Shown: positions 17,647 through 26,391 of the stretch, in pieces | How positions within the stretch are numbered: the first letter of the stretch is position 1 | How the letters are laid out: each line of letters opens with the position of its first letter | From: Acaryochloris marina S15 | Lineage (GTDB): Bacteria; Cyanobacteriota; Cyanobacteriia; Thermosynechococcales; Thermosynechococcaceae | NCBI RefSeq assembly: GCF_018336915.1 | Contig: NZ_CP064923.1 | Coordinates: 4,920,001-4,952,000, forward strand | DNA length: 32,000 nucleotides | Reading direction: 5' to 3' | Notes under the pieces: generated by a model | What the model saw: the letters and a program-made list of their open reading frames with translations, nothing else | Told to the model about the DNA's origin: nothing | Database searches by the model: none | Translations under genes and position numbers: made by a program

Positions 17647-19089
17647 ATGGCTTCTACCTGGACGGAACGTCAGCAACAGGTCGAACGGGAAGACCTGGTC
17701 ATGTTTATCAATGCCTGTCTGAGCTGTACGGGGCAGCGGGAATTTTATGACGAGGCCTGGGGACAGAAGCTTTCCCTCGACTTTTTGCATGACTATATTT
17801 TGGGCAACTATCGACTGCTCTATGCCCGCACCTTAGCCGCAGGGATTAATCACTTTAATCAGGGCCAAATCATTCTCAAATTACTGGCAACGGGAAAGCA
17901 AACACTCCCAGAACATCGCCAGGAAGAAGGCACTCTGATCGCTTCTACCCTAAATGCGTTGCCACCCCAGCGGGCCTGGAAAGTGCTGGAGCAAATTCGG
18001 AAACGACGGATTAATAACCGTCGAGCTAGGGCAATTGCCCGGGACTATATTGCGCAACGCCACCAGCGGCTGGATTTTGATGCAGTGAAATATCGCTCTA
18101 AGGTCAGTGGAATAGCCACTCACAATCACCTGAAACTACCGGGTGAAGTCGGGTCGTTTTTGTTTCGAGACTGGCCCCAGCAGTTTGAAACTGAGCTGTT
18201 TGAGAAATTTCGAAAAGCGTATTACAGCCAAGACGCGATCTATGCCCTGCCCTTTACGGTGGCAGAAGGGTTGGCGGCAAAACATCAGATCCCCCGTGAT
18301 CGCTTTTTAGCCCGCATCGAAGCCCAAATGACTCAGGCTGAAAAAGTGCGAATGCAGCAGAGTACGGAATGCGATCGCAACTCAAAACTCACGGTTGATC
18401 TCAAACACACCCCGATCACAAAGCTAGCTCTCTACTGCTTATCTTTGCCGATCAAGGATCGACAAGCACGACATACGGAATTGACTCAGGCTTTACAGCA
18501 ATCGGCCCAAGCAGCGCTGCATCGGGCTCCTTTACGGCTGGGAAAGGTGGCAGCAGTACTGGACTGTAGCTATTCCAGTAGCGGCTCGAATGAAAAGCGG
18601 AGACGGCCTTTGGGAGTCGCCTTAGCCATTCACTATCTGTTGCAAGCGGCATCCAATCAATATCAGGCCTTTTGGACATTACCTATCTCCGATCCGCTGT
18701 TGGTGCAGCCTCGGGGACAGACGGATCTGGCTACACCCTTGCTGGATGCCCTAGCAACCCATCCTGATGTAGTGGTGATTTTGTCCGATGGCTGGGAGAA
18801 TGATCCACCCAATGGTGCCGCAGAAGTGTTGCGGGTGTTTCGTCGTCGCCTTGATCCATCCGTTTCGATCCTGCACTGCAATCCGGTTTTCAATGCAGAT
18901 GACTTTTCTGTTCGAAACCTCAGTTCCGCAGTACCCACTGTCGGACTACGAGATGCTGAGGACTTACCAACAGTGCTGGGCTTTGCTCAATTTGCTGACG
19001 GCAAATCTTCTCTTGGGGATCTGGAACAGTATTTAAAGGTCCGGGTCCAACAGTTTCTCTCCAAATTCGATCCCAATCATGGCTCCTAA
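17647..19089 (+). CDS. vWA-domain protein with Ro60/TROVE-like architecture (helical N-terminal region + C-terminal MIDAS vWA)
   Basis: MIDAS DxSxS = D306-C-S-Y-S310 (18562-18576). vWA strand VVVILSDGWEND. The N-terminal segment LVMFINACLSCTGQREFYDE resembles the L..FL.LG..GGTFY segment I recall in bacterial Rsr. At 480 aa the length is similar to Rsr. The family call is an inference. Confidence 0.6.
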   Translation: MASTWTERQQQVEREDLVMFINACLSCTGQREFYDEAWGQKLSLDFLHDYILGNYRLLYARTLAAGINHFNQGQIILKLLATGKQTLPEHRQEEGTLIASTLNALPPQRAWKVLEQIRKRRINNRRARAIARDYIAQRHQRLDFDAVKYRSKVSGIATHNHLKLPGEVGSFLFRDWPQQFETELFEKFRKAYYSQDAIYALPFTVAEGLAAKHQIPRDRFLARIEAQMTQAEKVRMQQSTECDRNSKLTVDLKHTPITKLALYCLSLPIKDRQARHTELTQALQQSAQAALHRAPLRLGKVAAVLDCSYSSSGSNEKRRRPLGVALAIHYLLQAASNQYQAFWTLPISDPLLVQPRGQTDLATPLLDALATHPDVVVILSDGWENDPPNGAAEVLRVFRRRLDPSVSILHCNPVFNADDFSVRNLSSAVPTVGLRDAEDLPTVLGFAQFADGKSSLGDLEQYLKVRVQQFLSKFDPNHGS

Positions 19090-20254
19090 AGCGCCTCTAC
19101 TGAATACCCTTTCCCTCAAGGGGATAGAGATTGCTCCCTCCCAAGTCTGGGGAGGGATTCGGATTGTGCCGTTACTGCGCCGAAATGTTCGGGGAGATCT
19201 GCGTCTAGCCAAACGCGACTATGACGACGATCTGACAGTGGTCTCTCTCCAAGGTCAACCCTTAGCAGCTGGCCTCAAGTACACTTCCTACGTCCCCCAC
19301 GGGTTAGTACTGTCCTGGGATGAAGAGGGCCAGCCCGTTGCAGCGAAAGGCAGCCAATTAGGGACGGACGGGCAACGGTTTAAGGCCGGTCCCGTCAGTG
19401 TCAGGGTGCTATCGCGAATGGCGAAGCGGGAAGCTCGCAATCAACTCCGATTTCTCCCTCTGCATCTGGCGATGGAAGGCTTCTTGTCTCTGTTTTTCTC
19501 CGGGCCAGATATTGCTTGGAGTGAGTATTCTAAGCAAGCCCTGTCTCAAGGGTTATCGTCTCGAACCGAATGGTCGGTGTCAGGGCAGGCGATTCAAGGA
19601 CTAGCGGATGCTCTACGGGTGTTTGAAATCCACGAGCATCAGGTGGGGATGCTGCTGTTTGTATCGGAAGCGCTAGCCTCTGCCTTTATCACGCCCACAC
19701 CGGAAGATTACCGGCTGCTACACCCCAGTCTGCTGCAAGATTTCTATGGAGAACTGCTGTATCAGTACGGACTCTATGGGGGCACGGTGCCCATGCAGTC
19801 CCAGGTGGATGAGTCTAAGGTGGAGACTTTGGCGGATTTGCGGGATGCGATCGCAACCCTCAGACAAGACTGGGCCGCTTTCCAAGGGCTGATGGCCAGC
19901 GACCTCCTCCAACGGCCTGTAGAATCCAAACGCATCTATACGGCAGGTCCATTCACCTTGCAGCGGTTTATCACAGATCTCAAACTCAAATCCGAGAATC
20001 ACATTGGTGAAGCGATTGTCCGCAATGATGGACAACTAGAATACCTAAAAACCTATCGTTTATCTGCAGGTCAGGCTCGAAGGGCCTATTTACTCAGCCA
20101 GCTCGCTGCCCAGGGCTGGCACTTAGAACGAACCGCCTTATCCATGGGGGAGTTGCTAGAAAACTTTATCTATCGACTAGAAAAAGCTGGCTTTGGCTAT
20201 TTAATCAATAATCAAGTGCGTGAGCAGGCACAAAAAGCGAGGCGACGGGATTAG
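19079..20254 (+). CDS. Hypothetical protein (391 aa), translationally coupled to the vWA/TROVE-like gene
   Basis: The ATG at 19079 lies 11 nt inside the upstream gene (stop at 19087-19089). No catalytic motif recognised. Mixed beta-rich N-terminal region and helical C-terminal region ending in a basic tail. Confidence 0.65.
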   Translation: MAPKAPLLNTLSLKGIEIAPSQVWGGIRIVPLLRRNVRGDLRLAKRDYDDDLTVVSLQGQPLAAGLKYTSYVPHGLVLSWDEEGQPVAAKGSQLGTDGQRFKAGPVSVRVLSRMAKREARNQLRFLPLHLAMEGFLSLFFSGPDIAWSEYSKQALSQGLSSRTEWSVSGQAIQGLADALRVFEIHEHQVGMLLFVSEALASAFITPTPEDYRLLHPSLLQDFYGELLYQYGLYGGTVPMQSQVDESKVETLADLRDAIATLRQDWAAFQGLMASDLLQRPVESKRIYTAGPFTLQRFITDLKLKSENHIGEAIVRNDGQLEYLKTYRLSAGQARRAYLLSQLAAQGWHLERTALSMGELLENFIYRLEKAGFGYLINNQVREQAQKARRRD

Positions 20255-20271
20255 GGTAATGTCGATGATGG

Positions 20272-21552
20272 TTAAGATCCAATGGCCATTTCATTGAAGC
20301 GAAGTTGAGATCGCACATTCACCCGATGATTGGCCTGAATATAGTCAGCCACATACCGAACATCCCGAGCAATCCCTGAAAAGCGGCCTGACCCCCAAGT
20401 GTAGAGCCAAGGCAAGCCCACAAAATACAGTCCTTTCACTCCCGTCACGCCCCGATCATGACCGGGATAGCCCTTGCCATCAAACACAGGAATTTCCACC
20501 CAGGAATAGTCCATGTCATAGCCAATGGACCAAATCACGGTGCTGATATTAGCAGTTTGCAAGTTCAATGCCGTGGGTTCTGAAGCCGGCTCCCAAGCGG
20601 GGCTGTAAGGCTCATCCACTGGCGCAGCAATTTGATGTTTTTCAATATAAGCATCAATGGTGCCCTTGATGCTTTCAGCCACTGCATCGGCCTGATCCAA
20701 GTTCTCTTTCAAATTAGGCTGAAACGTTAACTGAGACCCACGAATATCTGCCAGCCTGCCGTAAAGCCGCATCCCTTCCAGGGCAAAATGACGCAAATCA
20801 ATTTCCCGCCCACCTCCGCGTCCCGTGACATAGTGGTTGGTTTTAGTTCTCACATTCTCTTTTTGGGGATGATCTTCAATGGTCAGATCGTAGTAACCCA
20901 ATTGATCGAGCCAATCCACCACATCTTTACCTCGGTATTGTCGGGGCGATCGCGGCGCACTACCGACACATAAATGCACCTGTTTTCCTGCTAGATGAAG
21001 GTCTTCGGCAATCTGACAGCCCGACTGCCCGGTGCCCACTACAATCACAGCTCCATCGGCTAAACTCTCCGGATTTTTATACTCAGAAGAATGGAGTTGG
21101 CGAACCTCTTCGGGAAGACACTGGGCTATACCAGGAATGCTAGGTCGATGATAGCCTCCAGTGGCCACCACAATTTGATCAGCCGTGAATTCCCCAATCG
21201 AGGTAGAGACTTCAAACACATCGCTAATGGGATTTTTGCGCACTCGCTGCACACTGACGCCTTCTCTAACGGGAGGATTAAAGGAACGAGCGTAGGCTTC
21301 GATATAGTCGACAATTTGGTCTTTTTGCATAAATCCGTTGGAGTCATCTCCAGAATAGGAAAATCCCGGTAGCTGACATTGCCAGTTGGGGGTAACTAAA
21401 CAAAAAGAATCCCAACGCTTGCTCCGCCAGGAATGGGCAATCTGATACTGCTCAAAGATAATGTGATCAATCTGACATTCACCTAAACAGTAACTAATGG
21501 ATAAGCCTGCTTGTCCACCGCCCACAATAATGACGGAATAATGGCTGCCCAT
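20272..21552 (-). CDS. Flavin-dependent oxidoreductase (FMO/CzcO-like), likely the MSMEG_0569-family partner of the Nit1C cluster
   Basis: ORF trimmed to the ATG at 21552 (MGSHYSVIIVGGGQAGLS). Second dinucleotide motif VIVVGTGQSGCQIAED. The longer ORF start at 21630 would run into the candidate NtcA box. Confidence 0.8.
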   Translation of the reverse strand: MGSHYSVIIVGGGQAGLSISYCLGECQIDHIIFEQYQIAHSWRSKRWDSFCLVTPNWQCQLPGFSYSGDDSNGFMQKDQIVDYIEAYARSFNPPVREGVSVQRVRKNPISDVFEVSTSIGEFTADQIVVATGGYHRPSIPGIAQCLPEEVRQLHSSEYKNPESLADGAVIVVGTGQSGCQIAEDLHLAGKQVHLCVGSAPRSPRQYRGKDVVDWLDQLGYYDLTIEDHPQKENVRTKTNHYVTGRGGGREIDLRHFALEGMRLYGRLADIRGSQLTFQPNLKENLDQADAVAESIKGTIDAYIEKHQIAAPVDEPYSPAWEPASEPTALNLQTANISTVIWSIGYDMDYSWVEIPVFDGKGYPGHDRGVTGVKGLYFVGLPWLYTWGSGRFSGIARDVRYVADYIQANHRVNVRSQLRFNEMAIGS

Positions 21553-21589
21553 ACTAGATTCCCTTTTGAACTGAGTACGTCGAAGACTA

Positions 21590-21637
21590 TTGGCACCATA
21601 AAGGGGGAATGAGGCGACAACGAGTAGCAAGAGATAC
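21590..21637 (-). promoter_or_regulatory. Candidate NtcA-activated promoter for the flavoprotein gene
   Basis: GTAGCAAGAGATAC (GTA-N8-TAC, 21624-21637). On the minus strand, 23 nt further on, lies TATGGT (TAN3T-type -10 box), about 40 nt upstream of the ATG at 21552. Confidence 0.4.
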
Positions 21638-22612
21638 AGATTGCTGAGGTTTATGACTTTCCCCAGGCTTCACGACATCTCTTGTCCAGTGACTCTGTGA
21701 AGAATACTCGTTTTGAACGGATGAACCTAGCAGTTTAGATAGTTTTCTGAAATATTAGAGTAATTCTTGAACTGGGACTGACCTGCTAGTCAGAGATCCG
21801 TGCAAGTAATCTTAAATGAGTATGGAAGGACAAGTATTCTGTCGTTATTTCAATAAACTCTCGCAAGACAATAGATCATAGGTCTCGCAGAATATCAAGA
21901 GGTGGCTAAATCGAATTGATGCTCCCAAGCAAGGTTGCCACAAACGAGTTCAAGAAAGTTGTGAAGAATGAAATACCATCAACCAAAGAATGAAAACGGG
22001 AGAAGGTATGGCATTTTTTCTAGGTAATATAAATCGCATCTTTAATGAGAAAAATACAGAAATAGCTTACTGACATCCATCAAGACATGCAATTAATGAT
22101 TCATATTAAATTCTTACGAAAAAGTGATTCCAGGAATGCATCACCATTTTTTTATCAAGGAAATAGGCTGAAAAAATTATAACGAATACTTGAATAGTAT
22201 CTTTCGACAACCACTACCTAAGACAGTCCAATTGAGACTCATATTCTATCAGAAACTGAATAATAGTATCGGAGCTATCTGGTATTTGAGAGATAACTAT
22301 AATATAGAAATAAAAATCATCTTAAGCCTATGAATCACTTTCGGCAACTGGAATGAAATAATATGATACTTCTCCAAGACAATGAAGAGAAATCAATCCT
22401 ATTAAGTATGCTTGACAACTTATTATGAGTGACATCCAATAAGTCGTAAAAAAAGGAATTAAGATATTTTAATGCTGGATTGAATATTCAATTTTGTAGA
22501 GAAATCGTTGTATACTCCATGATCATTCACTCAGCAAACCTTTGGGTTATCTACGTTTCTTTAAGACAGGCCACAATAGATTCAAGGCTACGCAATTGGT
22601 GTTCTTCACTAT

Positions 22613-22626
22613 ATGTGTTAACACAT
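22613..22626. promoter_or_regulatory. Perfect 14-bp palindrome, possible operator upstream of the GGDEF-EAL gene
   Basis: ATGTGTTAACACAT is perfectly self-complementary and sits ~90 nt upstream of the ATG at 22715. The cognate factor is unknown. Confidence 0.3.
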
Positions 22627-22714
22627 TCGATGTAATACATCCCCACAAATATGCAAGTAGTACATTTAATTTTATTCTTGCAAATTCATCGAATTCTTGT
22701 GGGCCTCTGAATGT

Positions 22715-25519
22715 ATGATTAAAGCCTATAAAGTAAAGCCACTTAGCGCTTCACCCAATCCCCCCAATCAGTCAGATCGACAGATAAACTGGCTCCAAGC
22801 TTTTGTAGGAACTGCCTTAGTTATTGTTACTGTAGCCGCATATTACAGCTATAGCGTAATACGACATTTGGCACTGGAGAGTCTGAGGCAAAATGCCTTT
22901 GAAGAAGCGCAGCATGGTGCAGGAGAAATTGATACCTGGTTAGCTAGATTGAAGTCTCAAACCGAGACCATTGCCAATACTCCCACGGTTCTCTCTTTAG
23001 ACTGGTCGACTATAGAACCCTACTTTATGGATGAACTGAAGCGAAACCAAGAATCATTCAAGCTCTCTTTGATTGGGAAAGACCGCTATTTAATTGCTAA
23101 CACTTCTGTGGGACTCCAGCGGCAAGACTTACGTCACCGAAACTACCTACGAGAAGTCTTAAAAGGCAAAACGTTTGTCAGTGATGCGGTTGTCTCCCCC
23201 ACCACAGGTGTTACTCAAATATTGATATCAACACCAATTTGGTCCACAGTCTCACCCACTCCATCATCATTGGATGAGTCAGATGCCATTCAGCAGCAAC
23301 CCAGCATTTTAGGCGCTGTTAATAACGCTGTCACGGTTGAACTGGTGTCAGAGGTGGTCTCAAGATTAAAGTATGGCCCTGATAGTTATGCATTTGTCCT
23401 GAATTCTGATGGCCGGGCTATGGTTCATCCCGATACTCAGTGGATGTCAACGCAAGAAGAGCCCGCAGCTAGCTTGCTAGACGATACCAATACAGATTTA
23501 GCTGACATCGCCAAGCGAATGGTTGATCGGCAAGAAGGCATTGAACTGCGTAACATAGATGGGCGACTTCAATATATTGCTTATCTCCCTTCTAAAGAAG
23601 CAAATTGGGCGATCGCTTTTGTCATCCCCAAAAACAATATTGAACATCAACTGCAACCCCTAGATCTGATTGCGTTTGCCTTTGGAATGCTGGCTATCAG
23701 CTTAGGAGTTGTGCTCTGGCGCTTGCAGGCGACTCAACATCACCAGCTTCGTCAAATCCAAGCGTTGACCAAGGCGACTAACCAAGCACTGGAACAAAGA
23801 GTACAGGAGCGTACGATTGAACTCGCACAGGCTAAAGAGCGTGCGCAAGTGACTCTTGAATCGATTGGTGATGCAGTGATTACCACTGATGCCGAGGGAC
23901 GTGTCGATTATCTCAACCCAGTTGCCGAGAGATTGACGGGTTGGTCACTAGAATCTGCACAAGGAGCGCCGCTCCCTGAGGTATTTCGACTCATTAATGA
24001 ATACAGTCGTGAGCCAGTAACTGATCCCGTGGCTCGTTGCCTAGCGGAGGGATGCATAGTCGATCTAGCAAATCATACGGTGTTGATCAACCGGCATGGC
24101 CAAGAGTTCGCCATTGAAGATTCGGCTGCTCCGATCCGGGACACCAACAATCACTTATTAGGGGTCGTTCTGGTGTTTCACGATGTGAGTGAACAGCGCC
24201 GATTACAAGAGGAAATCTCTCATCAGGCTCAACATGATGCGCTGACAGGTTTGTTTAATCGCTATGAGTTTGAACGCCGCCTGCAGCAGGCCATTGAGAT
24301 GGCCCAAGCACAAGATAGTGAACATGCACTTTGCTACCTGGACCTTGATCAGTTCAAGTTGGTCAATGATACCTGTGGACATGCTGCAGGTGACGCCTTG
24401 TTAAAACAGCTGTCCGTTTTGTTCGAGAGTAAAATCCGGCAGTGCGATACATTGGCACGATTAGGTGGCGATGAATTCGGGGTGTTGTTAGAGCATTGCT
24501 CCCTCACTAATGCCAAGTCCATTGCTAACACCTTGCGTCAAGCCGTCGAAGATTTTAGCTTTAGTTGGCAGGAGCAGCGTTTTCGCGTCGGGGTCAGCCT
24601 TGGTTTGGTTACGGTTGATGCCATGAGTACCAACGTTGCCAATATTTTACAGGCGGCCGATAGTGCCTGTTATGTCGCTAAAGACTCCGGTCGCAATCGT
24701 GTCCATGTGTACCTTGAACACGACGAGATGTTAGCTCAACGATATGGCGAGATGAAGTGGGTCTCCCGTATTCAGCAAGCATTAGAGGAAGATCTGTTTG
24801 AGTTGTATGCTCAGCCGATTGTTCCCCTCAATGAACGTTTTGCCGGCAGATTACACTGCGAATTGTTATTACGCTTGATTGAAGAAGATGGTAAAACCTC
24901 TCTCCCAGGAGCGTTTATGCCAGCTGCCGAGCGATATAACCTAGCCGTTGCCATCGATCGTTGGGTGGTAAGTCACGCTTTTCAGTGGTTGGTTGCCCAC
25001 GCTGATGTATTTGATCGATTGGCATTAGTTACGCTCAATTTGTCTGGGCATTCCATTGGCGATCGATTTTTTCATGCATACGTATTGAAGCAACTGGATG
25101 ATACGGGTATATCCGCTAAGAAAATCTGCTTTGAGATTACTGAAACTGCTGCTATAGCCAATCTGACTGATGCCACCCGATTTATGCAGACCCTCAGAAC
25201 ACGAGGTTGTCGTTTCTCATTGGATGATTTCGGTAGTGGGTTATCGTCTTTTGGATATCTAAAAACTTTACCGGTTGATTTTTTAAAAATTGATGGCTTA
25301 TTTGTGAAGGATATTGTTGACGATCCAGTTGACTTGGCAATGGTGCGCTCGATTAACGAGATTGCTCAGTTGCTCAATAAGGAGACTGTTGCTGAGTGCG
25401 TTGAGAATGATGAGATACTCAATCAATTACGCACTCTGGGAGTGGATTATGGACAAGGATATGGTTGTGGTCGCCCCCAACAACTGTCCACTTTTATGCA
25501 TGAGGGCTCCACACTTTAA
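22715..25519 (+). CDS. Membrane sensor diguanylate cyclase/phosphodiesterase (Cache-TM-PAS-GGDEF-EAL)
   Basis: ORF trimmed to the first in-frame ATG. Two TM segments flank a Cache-like periplasmic region. PAS segment LESIGDAVITTDAEGRVDYLNPVAERLTGW. I-site RQCD lies 5 aa before the intact GGDEF. EAL-domain motifs ELLLR, FEITE, DDFGSG, LKIDG, ECVEN and GQGYG. Confidence 0.9.
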   Translation: MIKAYKVKPLSASPNPPNQSDRQINWLQAFVGTALVIVTVAAYYSYSVIRHLALESLRQNAFEEAQHGAGEIDTWLARLKSQTETIANTPTVLSLDWSTIEPYFMDELKRNQESFKLSLIGKDRYLIANTSVGLQRQDLRHRNYLREVLKGKTFVSDAVVSPTTGVTQILISTPIWSTVSPTPSSLDESDAIQQQPSILGAVNNAVTVELVSEVVSRLKYGPDSYAFVLNSDGRAMVHPDTQWMSTQEEPAASLLDDTNTDLADIAKRMVDRQEGIELRNIDGRLQYIAYLPSKEANWAIAFVIPKNNIEHQLQPLDLIAFAFGMLAISLGVVLWRLQATQHHQLRQIQALTKATNQALEQRVQERTIELAQAKERAQVTLESIGDAVITTDAEGRVDYLNPVAERLTGWSLESAQGAPLPEVFRLINEYSREPVTDPVARCLAEGCIVDLANHTVLINRHGQEFAIEDSAAPIRDTNNHLLGVVLVFHDVSEQRRLQEEISHQAQHDALTGLFNRYEFERRLQQAIEMAQAQDSEHALCYLDLDQFKLVNDTCGHAAGDALLKQLSVLFESKIRQCDTLARLGGDEFGVLLEHCSLTNAKSIANTLRQAVEDFSFSWQEQRFRVGVSLGLVTVDAMSTNVANILQAADSACYVAKDSGRNRVHVYLEHDEMLAQRYGEMKWVSRIQQALEEDLFELYAQPIVPLNERFAGRLHCELLLRLIEEDGKTSLPGAFMPAAERYNLAVAIDRWVVSHAFQWLVAHADVFDRLALVTLNLSGHSIGDRFFHAYVLKQLDDTGISAKKICFEITETAAIANLTDATRFMQTLRTRGCRFSLDDFGSGLSSFGYLKTLPVDFLKIDGLFVKDIVDDPVDLAMVRSINEIAQLLNKETVAECVENDEILNQLRTLGVDYGQGYGCGRPQQLSTFMHEGSTL

Positions 25520-25749
25520 CAATCTCAAATTTTGTTTCTAAATGAATGGTGATTTCATCAAAATAGTTTTTAACCGCATAAAAACGTGAAACTTACTTGT
25601 AGCTTTTTGCCACAGCCCACTAGAAAAGCTGCCAGACGTTTTTGAGGTAGTCTACCTGTTACTTTCGATAGGTAGCATCCAATTACGCTGTCTTTTATTT
25701 CGCAAAAAGCTAGTGTACCCCTGTCACTTCAAGTAGACATTAAGAGTTT

Positions 25750-25791
25750 GTAGTAGTTGATACAGGGGAAGGATTTCAACCCACTTACTGT
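25750..25791 (+). promoter_or_regulatory. Candidate NtcA-activated promoter of the Nit1C operon
   Basis: GTAGTAGTTGATAC (GTA-N8-TAC, 25750-25763), then exactly 22 nt, then TACTGT (TAN3T, 25786-25791). It lies 68 nt upstream of the ATG at 25859. Confidence 0.5.
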
Positions 25792-25858
25792 GCAGAGTTA
25801 ATGATGCTCACCCATGCATCAGGCACTTCCAAAACTCTTCAAGAAGGATGCTTAACCA

Positions 25859-26341
25859 ATGCCAGAAGTTACTACTCCAATCCACCAGACTGGCGACTTT
25901 TTTGTGGATTATGAGGAAAAAGTATTCCCCGATGTGCAGGCCGATCCAGGTGAAAAAGCCTTAGTCACTTTTCATACCGTGGCCTTTGAAGGGTCCATTG
26001 GCTTGGTCAATTTATTGCAGGCCACCCGTCTGATTCGCAAAGGATTTGAAACCTCCATTCTGCTCTATGGTCCCGGTGTGACATTGGGAGTGCAGCGAGG
26101 GTTTCCCAAACTTGGGGATGAGGCTTTCCCAGGTCATATGGCCATGAATAATCAGCTGGTCAAAATCATGGAAGAAGGCGGCAAAGTCTATGCCTGTCGG
26201 TTTGCCCTACAAGCCCTATACGGCCACGGTGAACCCTCGTTGATTCCCGGCATTCAGCCTATCAATCCGTTGGATGTCCTAGATATCGTCTTGATGCACC
26301 GGAAAGATGGTGCCTTCATTCTGGATACCTGGACGATGTAG
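25859..26341 (+). CDS. Sll0783/MSMEG_0572-family nitrogen-starvation response protein (first gene of the Nit1C cluster)
   Basis: 160 aa, positioned directly upstream of the nitrilase as in the Synechocystis sll0783 operon. GAAGGA lies upstream of the ATG. The assignment rests on context and size, not on a catalytic motif. Confidence 0.7.
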   Translation: MPEVTTPIHQTGDFFVDYEEKVFPDVQADPGEKALVTFHTVAFEGSIGLVNLLQATRLIRKGFETSILLYGPGVTLGVQRGFPKLGDEAFPGHMAMNNQLVKIMEEGGKVYACRFALQALYGHGEPSLIPGIQPINPLDVLDIVLMHRKDGAFILDTWTM

Positions 26342-26391
26342 CTCTTTGATGTGCCGTCACTTTAGTCCGCTCATACTCTGAGGGAATCACT

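Noticed and set aside
17503-17790. 95-aa minus-strand ORF overlapping the start of the TROVE-like gene and its leader
   Set aside because: It is antisense to a well-supported gene start, is Arg/Ser/Pro-rich and has no motif. The region is better explained as leader plus coding sequence on the plus strand.
25640-25680. AGGTAG-T-CTACCT and CTACCT-N12-AGGTAG inverted repeats downstream of the GGDEF-EAL gene
   Set aside because: The arms are only 6 bp and no U-tract follows. They are too short to call a terminator or operator without comparative data.
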